Assembly: GCA_051876145.1 (NCBI GenBank)
Contig: JBJEHP010000263.1
Location: 1 to 25,637, forward strand
Direction of reading: 5' to 3'
From: Coriobacteriales bacterium
GTDB taxonomy: Bacteria; Actinomycetota; Coriobacteriia; Coriobacteriales; QAMH01
DNA: 25,637 nt
Shown here: in pieces, positions 16,555 to 24,409 of the stretch
Layout of the letters: each line of letters starts with the position of its first letter
Position numbering within the stretch: position 1 is the first letter of the stretch
Program-made: the position numbers and the translations under genes
Notes under the pieces: model-generated
The model's input: only the letters and a program-made list of their open reading frames with translations
Databases searched by the model: none
Told to the model about the DNA's origin: nothing

Positions 16555-16689
16555 GGTTACCTTCTCATTTCTTGTCTGCGGTTACAAAGACCGCACCATT
16601 ATGACGCTCTTGAACCGCGCGCATTGTTTCGAATCTGTTTCGCCCCGCAGGAGGAAATGGCACGAGGGGCCGTGGGTATCGAACCATCT

Positions 16690-16727
16690 TGGCACGAGGG
16701 GACACCCCGCCCTGTCCCTTCGTGCCA
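16690..16727 (-). terminator. Hairpin immediately downstream of the licCA stop
   Basis: TGGCACGAGGGGAC (16690-16703) pairs with GTCCCTTCGTGCCA (16714-16727) with one mismatch or wobble. No clear U tract. Confidence 0.45.
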
Positions 16728-16738
16728 TCGCCATGCTG

Positions 16739-18502
16739 CTACTCGCGGTAGAGGCTGATCGCCAGGGGGAGGTACTTGATGGCGTACTTGTAGTAGGTAT
16801 ACAGCCAGTCGCCGACATAGTCGCCCTCGGACTCCTTCTGCAGCGCCCAAACGTACCAGCACCAGCCCGCCAGCCCCACGTACGCGAGGTTGTGGCGCCG
16901 CTCCTCGAGCGTCGGCGTGCGCCCGAAGTAGCTCTCAAGCGCGCGCTGCGCCTCGTCCTCGCCGAGCATGCACGTGACGACGAAGGTGCCGTAGTCGCTC
17001 GCGTAGTCGGACATGCCCGCGTACTCCCAGTCGATGAGCGACAGGCTGCCCGCCTTGTCGTAGAGCAGGTTCAGGTTGAAGAAGTCGTTGTGCGTCAGGC
17101 AGACGCGCGCGCCGTCCAGGTCCGCGAGCCGCTTGGCCTCGATGGCCTGCGCCTTGAGTTCCTCGTAGCCCGTGATGTCGATGGGCCCTTTCTCGAGCAG
17201 CAGTTTCTCGTACTTCAGGCCCTCCTCCAAGTAGTCGAAGTGCCGGTCGAGCCGCGCGGTCTGCGCGTGCAGTTTGCGTGCGATGCCCATCGCATCGGCC
17301 ACCTGCGCCTCGTCGTGCGGGTCGAGCTCGCGGCAGTCGGTGATGAAGCGCGAGATCTTCCAGCCCTGCGCGGGGTCCTCGTAGATGTAGGTGCCGTCGA
17401 TGCCGATCGACTTGGCGAGCTCGAGCGCCTGGACCTCGGCGGTGCGGTCGATCATCTGGTCGGTGCCCACGCCGGGGTGGCGGTACACGTACGAGCCGCT
17501 GTTGGTGGAGAAGTGGCAGGAAAGGTTCGTAAGTCCCTTCTTGAGCGGGTACACGTCGTGAATCTCGGACTTGGTGCAGCCGAGCACACGGCAGATGTTG
17601 TCGAATATCTTCGAGTCGACGTTCTCGAGGAACAGGGGGTCGAACTCCTTCAGCTCGTCGAGCGAGTCAAACTCGAAGATCGTGCCCGCGTCGTAGCGCC
17701 TGACCTCCATGTCGAGCTCGTCCACGTGGTCGATGAACAGCTCTTCCCACAGCTTGTCCGTTGTACGCGGGTCGTCATATTCCGCCACGAGGATCTCGGC
17801 GAAGCGCTCGGAGAACGCGCGGTCGAAATACGCGTGCCCGATCATGTACCACGCGTTGCTTCCGCCGATGTGCACGCCGGTGATGCGCTGTTTGGAATCG
17901 AACTCCAGGCACCACTCCTTGGTGGGGCCTTCCGAGAACTCGGCGGCGTAGTACGCCTTCCACACGTACGGCTCGAAGGGGTTTTGGGTGAAGTAGTCGT
18001 CCGACGAGCAGATGTAGGTGTTGCCGAGCATCTCGCGCACGCGCATGAGCGTCGAGTTGTTGTTGCGCGACGCGAACTCCTGGTTGACGACGATCTTCAC
18101 GCCGAGCTTTTGCTCCAGGTAGAAGAAGAGCTCCTTCTTGTAGCCCACGACGACGGCGATATCGGTGATACCCGCCTCGTGGAGCTGGCGGATCTGCCGT
18201 TCGATGAGGACCTCGCCACGCACGTTGAGCAGGCCCTTGGGCTTCTCGTACGAGATGGGGGCAAAGCGTGTCGACATGCCGGCGGCCATGATGACCGCGT
18301 TGTCGACCCGGTAGGGAGCGAGCTCTGCCAGCCCGCGTTCGTTGAGGACGCCATCTTCCACGAGCTTGGCGCTGGCGAGTTGGCGGACGGTCTTGTTTGC
18401 CGAGCCGAGCGAGACGCCCATGGCTTCGGCCAGCTCACGCTGGGTGAGGCCGGGGTTGTTCTTGAGGGCGAGCAGGGCGTCGAATTCTTTTTTGTCGAGC
18501 AT
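16739..18502 (-). CDS. licCA: HTH-CTP:phosphocholine cytidylyltransferase (LicC-like)-choline/ethanolamine kinase (LicA-like) fusion
   Basis: N-terminal HTH (LTQRELAEAMGVSLGSANKTVRQL). LicC motif NAVIMAAGMSTRFAPISYEKPKGLL. Kinase motifs KGLTN, THNDFFNLN and LIDWEYAG. RBS AAGGA favours the ATG at 18502; 587 aa. Confidence 0.88.
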   Translation of the reverse strand: MLDKKEFDALLALKNNPGLTQRELAEAMGVSLGSANKTVRQLASAKLVEDGVLNERGLAELAPYRVDNAVIMAAGMSTRFAPISYEKPKGLLNVRGEVLIERQIRQLHEAGITDIAVVVGYKKELFFYLEQKLGVKIVVNQEFASRNNNSTLMRVREMLGNTYICSSDDYFTQNPFEPYVWKAYYAAEFSEGPTKEWCLEFDSKQRITGVHIGGSNAWYMIGHAYFDRAFSERFAEILVAEYDDPRTTDKLWEELFIDHVDELDMEVRRYDAGTIFEFDSLDELKEFDPLFLENVDSKIFDNICRVLGCTKSEIHDVYPLKKGLTNLSCHFSTNSGSYVYRHPGVGTDQMIDRTAEVQALELAKSIGIDGTYIYEDPAQGWKISRFITDCRELDPHDEAQVADAMGIARKLHAQTARLDRHFDYLEEGLKYEKLLLEKGPIDITGYEELKAQAIEAKRLADLDGARVCLTHNDFFNLNLLYDKAGSLSLIDWEYAGMSDYASDYGTFVVTCMLGEDEAQRALESYFGRTPTLEERRHNLAYVGLAGWCWYVWALQKESEGDYVGDWLYTYYKYAIKYLPLAISLYRE

Positions 18503-18534
18503 GCGGTTCCTTGTCATGTTTAATGCTGATACAA

Positions 18535-18571
18535 TGTTCAAAAATCGTGAACAGAGTATAACATATGAACA
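18535..18571. promoter_or_regulatory. Candidate operator TGTTCA-N7-TGAACA plus an extra TGAACA half-site
   Basis: Perfect 6-bp arms at 18535-18540 and 18548-18553, a third half-site at 18566-18571, and a TATAAC -10-like box at 18557. Lies in the divergent licCA/permease gap. Confidence 0.5.
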
Positions 18572-18615
18572 CGATACCGAGAGAGCACGATACGGAACAT
18601 CGGAGGGCGAGGAGT

Positions 18616-19746
18616 ATGGGGACTGGACCTGCAGATATCGAGCGCCTGCGCGCACAGCGGCGCAAGCGGTACTTTGTGCGCGGAGTCGCCTTTGCCATCG
18701 CGTCGGGCATCTGCTATGGGCTCTACACCGGCTTTCTCACGCTGGGCGAGACGCAGGGCGTATGGGGTCCCTGGTTTGCGGGCGAATCTTGGGGCGCGGG
18801 CAATCCGCCGCTGAGCGCGTTCGCGATCACCTTCGTGCTCGCAGCGCTCGCCGCCGGCCTCAACGACTGTTTCAGCGGCGTCTGGTCGATTGCGCTATGC
18901 GCGAAAAACGGCCAGCTCGGCGACCTGGTCAAGACCGTCAAGACGAGGCCGGGCCGCATCATGATTGTGTGCGCGATCGTGGGCGGGCCGCTTGCGACCA
19001 CCGCCTACGTCATCGGCCTCAACTCCGCGACCGCCGCGGGAAACCCCGGCGTTATCGTCCCAATTGCGGCGCTCAACTGCGCCATCGGCGCGGTGCTGGG
19101 GCGCGTCTTCTTCAAGCAGGAGTTGGGCGCCCACAAGGTGCTCGGCATCCTTATCTGCCTGTGCGCGGGCGCGGTCATCGGGGGGACGAGCTTCGGCGCG
19201 ATGGGCGGTGAGGCGGCGCTCGGGTGCCTGTTCGCGTTCGTGGCGGCGTTTGGCTGGGGCTTCGAGGGATGCGTCGCAGGCTTTGGCACGATCCTCATCG
19301 ACTACCGCATCGGCATCGCGATCCGCGAGACGACCGCGGGTGTGCTCGAGCTGCTCGTACTGTTCCCGCTGCTCGCGGCGATCGGCGGCGACATCGCGGC
19401 GGTGCCCGGTATTGCCGCGGCGGCGTTTTCCAGCCCGGCGCTCCTCATCTTCGTGGTGTCGGGCTTCTTCACGATGCCGGCGTATTCGTTCTGGTACAAG
19501 GGCAACTCGATGTGCGGCGCGGCGCTCGGCATGGCATGCAACGGCATGTACGCGTTCTGGGGCCCGTTCTTTATCTGGATCATCATGGGCGTGCTGAACC
19601 TGGGCGGCCTGGCGGCGAGCTATCCGCCGCTCGAGCCCGTGCAATGGGCAGGCGCGCTCGTCATGGTGGTGGGCATCTTCTGCATCGCCATCAACCCCGC
19701 CAAGCTTTTCGCGAAGGACAGAAAGGCGGTTGCAGATGCGCAATAA
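18616..19746 (+). CDS. DMT/EamA-superfamily permease, functionally LicB-like (choline/amino-alcohol uptake inferred from context)
   Basis: About 10 TM helices in two repeats (AIASGICYG...GAVLGRVFFKQEL...ILICLCAG; AAFGWG...WAGALVMVVGI). GGAGG RBS before the ATG at 18616. Confidence 0.75.
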   Translation: MGTGPADIERLRAQRRKRYFVRGVAFAIASGICYGLYTGFLTLGETQGVWGPWFAGESWGAGNPPLSAFAITFVLAALAAGLNDCFSGVWSIALCAKNGQLGDLVKTVKTRPGRIMIVCAIVGGPLATTAYVIGLNSATAAGNPGVIVPIAALNCAIGAVLGRVFFKQELGAHKVLGILICLCAGAVIGGTSFGAMGGEAALGCLFAFVAAFGWGFEGCVAGFGTILIDYRIGIAIRETTAGVLELLVLFPLLAAIGGDIAAVPGIAAAAFSSPALLIFVVSGFFTMPAYSFWYKGNSMCGAALGMACNGMYAFWGPFFIWIIMGVLNLGGLAASYPPLEPVQWAGALVMVVGIFCIAINPAKLFAKDRKAVADAQ

Positions 19747-20029
19747 GCTGATGCCGCTCTACTACGCCATCGTCAAGCAGTTCATGGATGGCAACGAATA
19801 CGACGCCGCGGATATCGTGGCGCTGCTCGAGCCGAACTACGGCGGATACCGGTTGCTGACGCGCAAGGGCGTGGAGGAGGCGCTTGCGACGGCGAGGGAA
19901 AACGGGCTGCTCGACGAGTCGCGCTACGATGTCGACGATGCCGGTGAGCTGCGCGTCTTCTATCGCGTCAACGACTTTGGACGCGAGATGATCGATCGCT
20001 ACATCGGGATGTACCACAACCCGGCGTAG
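19736..20029 (+). CDS. Small hypothetical protein (97 aa), possibly winged-helix-like
   Basis: Overlaps the permease stop by 11 nt and has an RBS (GAAAGGCGG). The pattern (EEALATARENGLLDESRY...LRVFYRVNDFG) resembles a helix plus wing hairpin. Confidence 0.7.
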   Translation: MRNKLMPLYYAIVKQFMDGNEYDAADIVALLEPNYGGYRLLTRKGVEEALATARENGLLDESRYDVDDAGELRVFYRVNDFGREMIDRYIGMYHNPA

Positions 20030-20070
20030 GCTTCCCGCGTGCGTTGTGCCCGCGGTCCCTGCGCGAGAAA

Positions 20071-20109
20071 CGTGGCGCTGCCACGCATCCCCCCGCGCGG
20101 GGAGGGGTG
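20071..20109. terminator. Two GC-rich hairpins between convergent genes
   Basis: CGTGGC-GCT-GCCACG, then a CATCCCCCC...GGGGAGGGGTG stem. Confidence 0.35.
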
Positions 20110-20118
20110 TCGCTGGCG

Positions 20119-22218
20119 CTAGTCGTTGCTGCGCGGGGCGGGCTCGCCGTTGTAGAACTCGTAATCCCAGTGGACTCCGTCGGGCTTCCAGTCGTTGAAG
20201 TCCAGCGCATCGCCGTCGATCTCCATCTCGGTCATGCGGCTGTCGACCTTGCCGTCGTGGTGCGGGAACAGGAAGTGGCGGATGCGCCCCTTCTCGGGGG
20301 CGCGCCAGGCGGGGTTGCCGTACGTCGAGGCATCGCCCATCGCGGCATACATCACCGTCGGCGCAAAATCGAGATGCCCCGTCTGCACATCCGAGGTCTT
20401 GAGCGGCTCGGCGTCCTGCGCCGCACTCTGCGCCGGTTTCACGAACATGATCGGGTTCGTCGTCTGTTCGGGCAGCTCGGTGCCCCAGTGGTAATCGCCG
20501 TGGTCGGAGGTGACGATGACGGTCGTGCTGTCGTAGAGCCCCAGCTCCTTGAGCTGTCGCAGGTAGTCGGAGACGATGTTCATCGCGCCTTCGGCCTGGT
20601 CTTCGTACGTGCTGTGCACCGACTCGTGCATATCGCTGGTCATGGTGTAGGGGAAGTGCGCGCCGTTCAGGTGGATGAAGCGGAACGAGCCCCTCGACCC
20701 GCGGTCGACGACCTGCAGCTTGTCCCTCATCAGGCTGTCGTGGTAGCGCACGTCGTTGATGAGGTAGGGCATCTTGTTGATGTCGGGGTGGTCGCCCGTG
20801 ATGTCGGTGTTGATGTCGTCGGTGTAGTACCAGAACAGCGGCTTGAGCACCCACGGCGCATCGCGGTACAGGGCGATCTTGGCCATGATGGCGCTCGTGC
20901 CGATCCAGTCGGCGTCTGCGTCGCCGCCCTTCTCGAGCGGGTGCTGGTTGATGGTGAGCGGCTGGACAAAGTCGTAATCTCCGGGAATGCCCATCGTGTC
21001 GGTGTAGACGCCCAGGTCATAGCCCGCATTGTGCAGGTCCTGCAGAAACGTCGAGCGGTGGTAGCGCGTGTCGAGGAATTCGGCAAAGTCGTCGTCGGGC
21101 TTGGGCCAGCTGCCGGTGAGCAGGTAGGGCACGCCGTACTTGGTGGGAACGCCGGAGCCGGTCGCGTTGCGGTAGAACGTGAACCCGGTGAACTCGTCCA
21201 TCATGTGCGGGCGCTCCTTGACGACGTCCAGGTAGCGCGAGGTGTCGTACATGTCGAGCACGAACACGACGATGTTCTTGGAAGGCGACAGCGTGTTGAT
21301 GCCGTCGCCGGTCACGTAGACGCGCCCGTCCTCGCCGCCCTTGCCGGCAGAGGCGGGGTTTGCCGCGCTGATGCCCGCGCCGACGAGCGTGATGACGAGG
21401 AACACCGAGCACAGACCGGTCACGAGCGAGCGCATGCGCTTGGGATGCATCCGCGCGTAGATGATGGTGCCCGCGACGAGCGCCGCCCAGATGAGCGTGT
21501 TGCCGACAAACCACGGCCAGAACTCGAACCAGTCGATGGTGGCGCCGTTTGCCTGCGGCAGCCCCGTGTTCATGAACAGCGCCTGCAGCCAAAAGCCGAT
21601 GCCGATGGCGGCGACGATGGTGCGTGCGATGTCGAACGCGCGGCCGCGCACGAGCGAGATGAGCGCGGCGAGCACGAGCGAGACGATGAGGAAGGTCACG
21701 AGGATGGGGCGCCACACGACGGTGAGGCCGTAGGTGAGGCTGCCCGAGTTGGCCACCATGAGCTCGATCGGGGCGAGGAGCAGCAGGGTGCCGCAGGTGA
21801 ACAGGCACACGATGAGCGAGCGCCAGAACTTCTCGAGGTAGCTGAGCTCGCGCGCCTCGCCGGGCTTGGGCGCGTTGCGCCAGAACCTGCCCAGGCGCTC
21901 GTTTTCGGAGGCGAGGTCCTCGTCGCCCTCGACACGGCGCACGTCGGGGTCGATGACCTTGCCGGCGTTCTCGTCGATGCCGAAGACGCGCACGGCCTTC
22001 TTGCGCAGGCGGCGATACGCCACGCCAAAGACGGCGGACAGCGCCACGGCGACGCCCGCGAGCGCCTGAATCGTGTAGGTCATGACCGAGGGGTCGACGT
22101 AGGCGAGCGCGGGGGCGGGTGCGATAAGGGCCGCGGCCATCAGGCCGCAGGCGACAAGTCCGGCGTCCAACGCGAAGCCGGACGCGGCGCGCACGACGCG
22201 GGTGCTGTTACTGCGCAT
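20119..22218 (-). CDS. Membrane-anchored alkaline-phosphatase/sulfatase-superfamily phosphotransferase (LtaS/EptA-like)
   Basis: Signal-like N-terminus, about 5-6 TM helices, then a soluble domain with VFVLDMYD, PTKYGVPYLLTG (Thr nucleophile position), HLNGAHFPY and TSDHG. GGAGG RBS; overlaps the upstream stop by 11 nt; 699 aa. Confidence 0.8.
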   Translation of the reverse strand: MRSNSTRVVRAASGFALDAGLVACGLMAAALIAPAPALAYVDPSVMTYTIQALAGVAVALSAVFGVAYRRLRKKAVRVFGIDENAGKVIDPDVRRVEGDEDLASENERLGRFWRNAPKPGEARELSYLEKFWRSLIVCLFTCGTLLLLAPIELMVANSGSLTYGLTVVWRPILVTFLIVSLVLAALISLVRGRAFDIARTIVAAIGIGFWLQALFMNTGLPQANGATIDWFEFWPWFVGNTLIWAALVAGTIIYARMHPKRMRSLVTGLCSVFLVITLVGAGISAANPASAGKGGEDGRVYVTGDGINTLSPSKNIVVFVLDMYDTSRYLDVVKERPHMMDEFTGFTFYRNATGSGVPTKYGVPYLLTGSWPKPDDDFAEFLDTRYHRSTFLQDLHNAGYDLGVYTDTMGIPGDYDFVQPLTINQHPLEKGGDADADWIGTSAIMAKIALYRDAPWVLKPLFWYYTDDINTDITGDHPDINKMPYLINDVRYHDSLMRDKLQVVDRGSRGSFRFIHLNGAHFPYTMTSDMHESVHSTYEDQAEGAMNIVSDYLRQLKELGLYDSTTVIVTSDHGDYHWGTELPEQTTNPIMFVKPAQSAAQDAEPLKTSDVQTGHLDFAPTVMYAAMGDASTYGNPAWRAPEKGRIRHFLFPHHDGKVDSRMTEMEIDGDALDFNDWKPDGVHWDYEFYNGEPAPRSND

Positions 22219-24214
22219 GTGCCGCGCCTCCTTCCGCGACGGCAGCGGCGGCCGATTTCGGCATGCCAAGGCCGCTTTTCTCCAGCTTCTTCTCGTACTT
22301 GCTCATGTTGTACTTCTCCCGGATGGGGACCTGGTGGCGCAGGATCGCGGAGAGCAGGTACTCGCCCGCGGCCTCGCCGCCGTGCCCGAGGTTTGCGATG
22401 TGGTCGGCGCGGACGGCGCGCAGGCGCTCGGTCCACTCGTCGGTGTTGGCGAGCATGTGCTCGATGGTGGCGCCCACCTGCGCGACGTCTTCCGGCGCAA
22501 ACGACACGCCGGTCTGGTCGCGCAGCGTGATGTCGGTCGGGGTCTCGCCCAGCTCGCGCCAGTCGGGGTTGTTCACCTTCATGGGGGTGTTGATGTAGAC
22601 GGCGGGTTTGAGCTTGCTAAAGCAGAAGTCGAACGAGATGGTCGACCAGTCGGTGATCATGATGTCGGCGATGTTCGCGGACGACGGCTTGGAGTAGTCG
22701 TCTTCGAAGACGAGCTCCTCGGAGCCCGCGAGCTGCCCGACGCGCGTCTTGAGCGCATCCCAACGCGGACGGTAGCGTTTGACGTACTCGGGGTGGGGGC
22801 GCACGACGATGCGCCATCCGCGGCCGACAAGCGCGCCGACCAGCTCGTCGATGCACGAGTCGAGGATGTTGTCCTCCTGCCACGACGGGCCGATGACCAC
22901 GACCGGGCGCTCGTTGGGCTGGCGGTCGGCCGCCTCCTCGCGTGCGATGGAGCGGTCGAGCATGTCGTAGCCGATGAGCGGGAGGTTCTTCTTGCGGGGA
23001 AGGCCGTAGACCTTCTCGCCCAGGCGGAGCTCTTCGGCCTGGTGGTGGCCGGTGCACAAGATGGTGTCGTAGTTGTCGTAGCCGTGCTTCCAGCCGGTCA
23101 GGTAGAAGCTCGTCATGTGGTGCGGCTCGTAGACGTACTCGATGTCCTTGCGCATGCGGCTGCGCTTGATGTAGTAGTTGTCCAGGTCGTCCTGCGTGGT
23201 CACGACCACGTCGGCGTCCATCTTCATCATGAGGGTGATGGCTTTTTTCTCGCGCACGAAGTAGGGCTGAATGCGCGGGTTGTCCTTGGCTATGTCGAAG
23301 ATGATGTCGTCGGGGTCGTTCGTGACGTAGTGGATGGCCACGTTGGAATGTGCCAGCAGGTACTCGATGCCGCCCTGGAAGAAGCGGTAGTAGTTGGAGC
23401 CCTCGGTGTAGTAGACGATGTGCTTGTTGACCACGTTGAAGAAGCGCTCGTAGTCGGCCTTCTCGCGCTTGGAGAGCGGGTCTTTCTGCCACCACTTCTT
23501 CTTCTCGACCAGCGATTCAAGCGCTTCGACCTCTTTGCGCGACTCCTCGAGGTCGTCGTAGTCAATGTACTTCGCGGGCTTGACGATGAGGTTGCACAGC
23601 ACCTGCACGAGGATGGCGGTGAGGTTCGAGCAGATCCAGTAGAAGGACATGCCGGCGGCGACGAACACGCCCAAGACCAGCGACAGCGCGATGGACAGGC
23701 CATTGGTGAAGTTCTTCTCGGCGTTGGTCTGCTCTTTTTGGAGCGGGTTGATGGCGTTTTGCGCAAAGCCGAGCGCCACGGCGGAGAGGCCGGCCAGCAC
23801 GGGCATGATCCACGACAGGCCGCCGTCGATGGTGGGGACCATGCCGAGGAATTCGGTGCCGGGCGCGCCGCCGTCGGTGACGCCGTGGATGACGTCGACC
23901 AGGCCGAACAGGATGAGCACCTGCACGGCGAGCGGCACGAGCGAGAGCATCGGGTGGTACTTCTTCTCCTTGAAGAGCTCGCTTTGCTTCTCGCCGATAG
24001 TCTCTTTATCGCCGTAGTACTGCACCTTGAGGCGGTTGATGGCGGGCATCACCGTGACCATGACGATGGAGTTCTTCTGACACCATAGCGAAAGCGGCAT
24101 CAAGATGATCTTGCAGATGACGGTAAACAGGAAGATGGAAACCCACCAATTGCCGGTAAGCTGGTAGCACGGCTGCATGATGAGGTTGAGCACGCTCGCG
24201 AGTGCCTCGAACAC
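22208..24214 (-). CDS. yidC: YidC/Oxa1-like insertase domain fused to a CDP-glycerol:glycerophosphate transferase (TagB/TagF-like) domain
   Basis: N-terminal YidC core (GNWWVSIFLFTVICKIILMPL...PLAVQ...FYWICSN). C-terminal TagF-like motifs GPSW, VRPHP and DIMITDWSTISFDF...KPAV. GTG at 24214 with RBS GGGGAGGG; 668 aa in one uninterrupted frame. Confidence 0.85.
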   Translation of the reverse strand: MFEALASVLNLIMQPCYQLTGNWWVSIFLFTVICKIILMPLSLWCQKNSIVMVTVMPAINRLKVQYYGDKETIGEKQSELFKEKKYHPMLSLVPLAVQVLILFGLVDVIHGVTDGGAPGTEFLGMVPTIDGGLSWIMPVLAGLSAVALGFAQNAINPLQKEQTNAEKNFTNGLSIALSLVLGVFVAAGMSFYWICSNLTAILVQVLCNLIVKPAKYIDYDDLEESRKEVEALESLVEKKKWWQKDPLSKREKADYERFFNVVNKHIVYYTEGSNYYRFFQGGIEYLLAHSNVAIHYVTNDPDDIIFDIAKDNPRIQPYFVREKKAITLMMKMDADVVVTTQDDLDNYYIKRSRMRKDIEYVYEPHHMTSFYLTGWKHGYDNYDTILCTGHHQAEELRLGEKVYGLPRKKNLPLIGYDMLDRSIAREEAADRQPNERPVVVIGPSWQEDNILDSCIDELVGALVGRGWRIVVRPHPEYVKRYRPRWDALKTRVGQLAGSEELVFEDDYSKPSSANIADIMITDWSTISFDFCFSKLKPAVYINTPMKVNNPDWRELGETPTDITLRDQTGVSFAPEDVAQVGATIEHMLANTDEWTERLRAVRADHIANLGHGGEAAGEYLLSAILRHQVPIREKYNMSKYEKKLEKSGLGMPKSAAAAVAEGGAAHAQ

Positions 24215-24292
24215 TATGGACCCTCCCCAGGGTGTATGAAAACTGCGGCGCACATCCCAGCGCGCGCAGAAAGCCAGACTAAAAGCCCGTGC

Positions 24293-24321
24293 ATTCTACC
24301 CTCATTTGCTGAGGAATTGAA
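24293..24321 (-). promoter_or_regulatory. Candidate sigma70-type promoter for the yidC-fusion operon (TTCAAT-N17-TAGAAT)
   Basis: Minus-strand -35 at 24321-24316 and -10 at 24298-24293. The spacer contains the palindrome CCTCA-N5-TGAGG. Confidence 0.45.
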
Positions 24322-24409
24322 CCTCTTACGGGCGCTTTCAGCAGCTCTTCACAATGGGGGCGGGTGTGAATGTGGCTTTGTGCACAAGGGGAGCGTGGCT
24401 GTCCAGCGC

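Noticed and set aside
11979-18523. Very long plus-strand ORFs (961, 786 and 803 aa)
   Set aside because: They mirror fdhF, its partner and licCA on the opposite strand, and have no motifs or RBS.
20044-24088. Plus-strand ORFs of 828 and 628 aa
   Set aside because: Antisense shadows of the sulfatase-like and YidC-fusion genes.
16739-24214. Phosphonate (aminoethylphosphonate) biosynthesis cluster
   Set aside because: LicC-like cytidylyltransferases also activate phosphonates, but there is no PEP mutase, decarboxylase or transaminase in the window. The fused kinase points to a choline/ethanolamine phosphate ester.
24310-24326. tRNA T-arm-like GAGG-TTCAATT-CCTC on the minus strand
   Set aside because: Only a 4-bp stem, no D-arm, anticodon arm or acceptor stem, and no integrase nearby. 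It overlaps a plausible -35 box.
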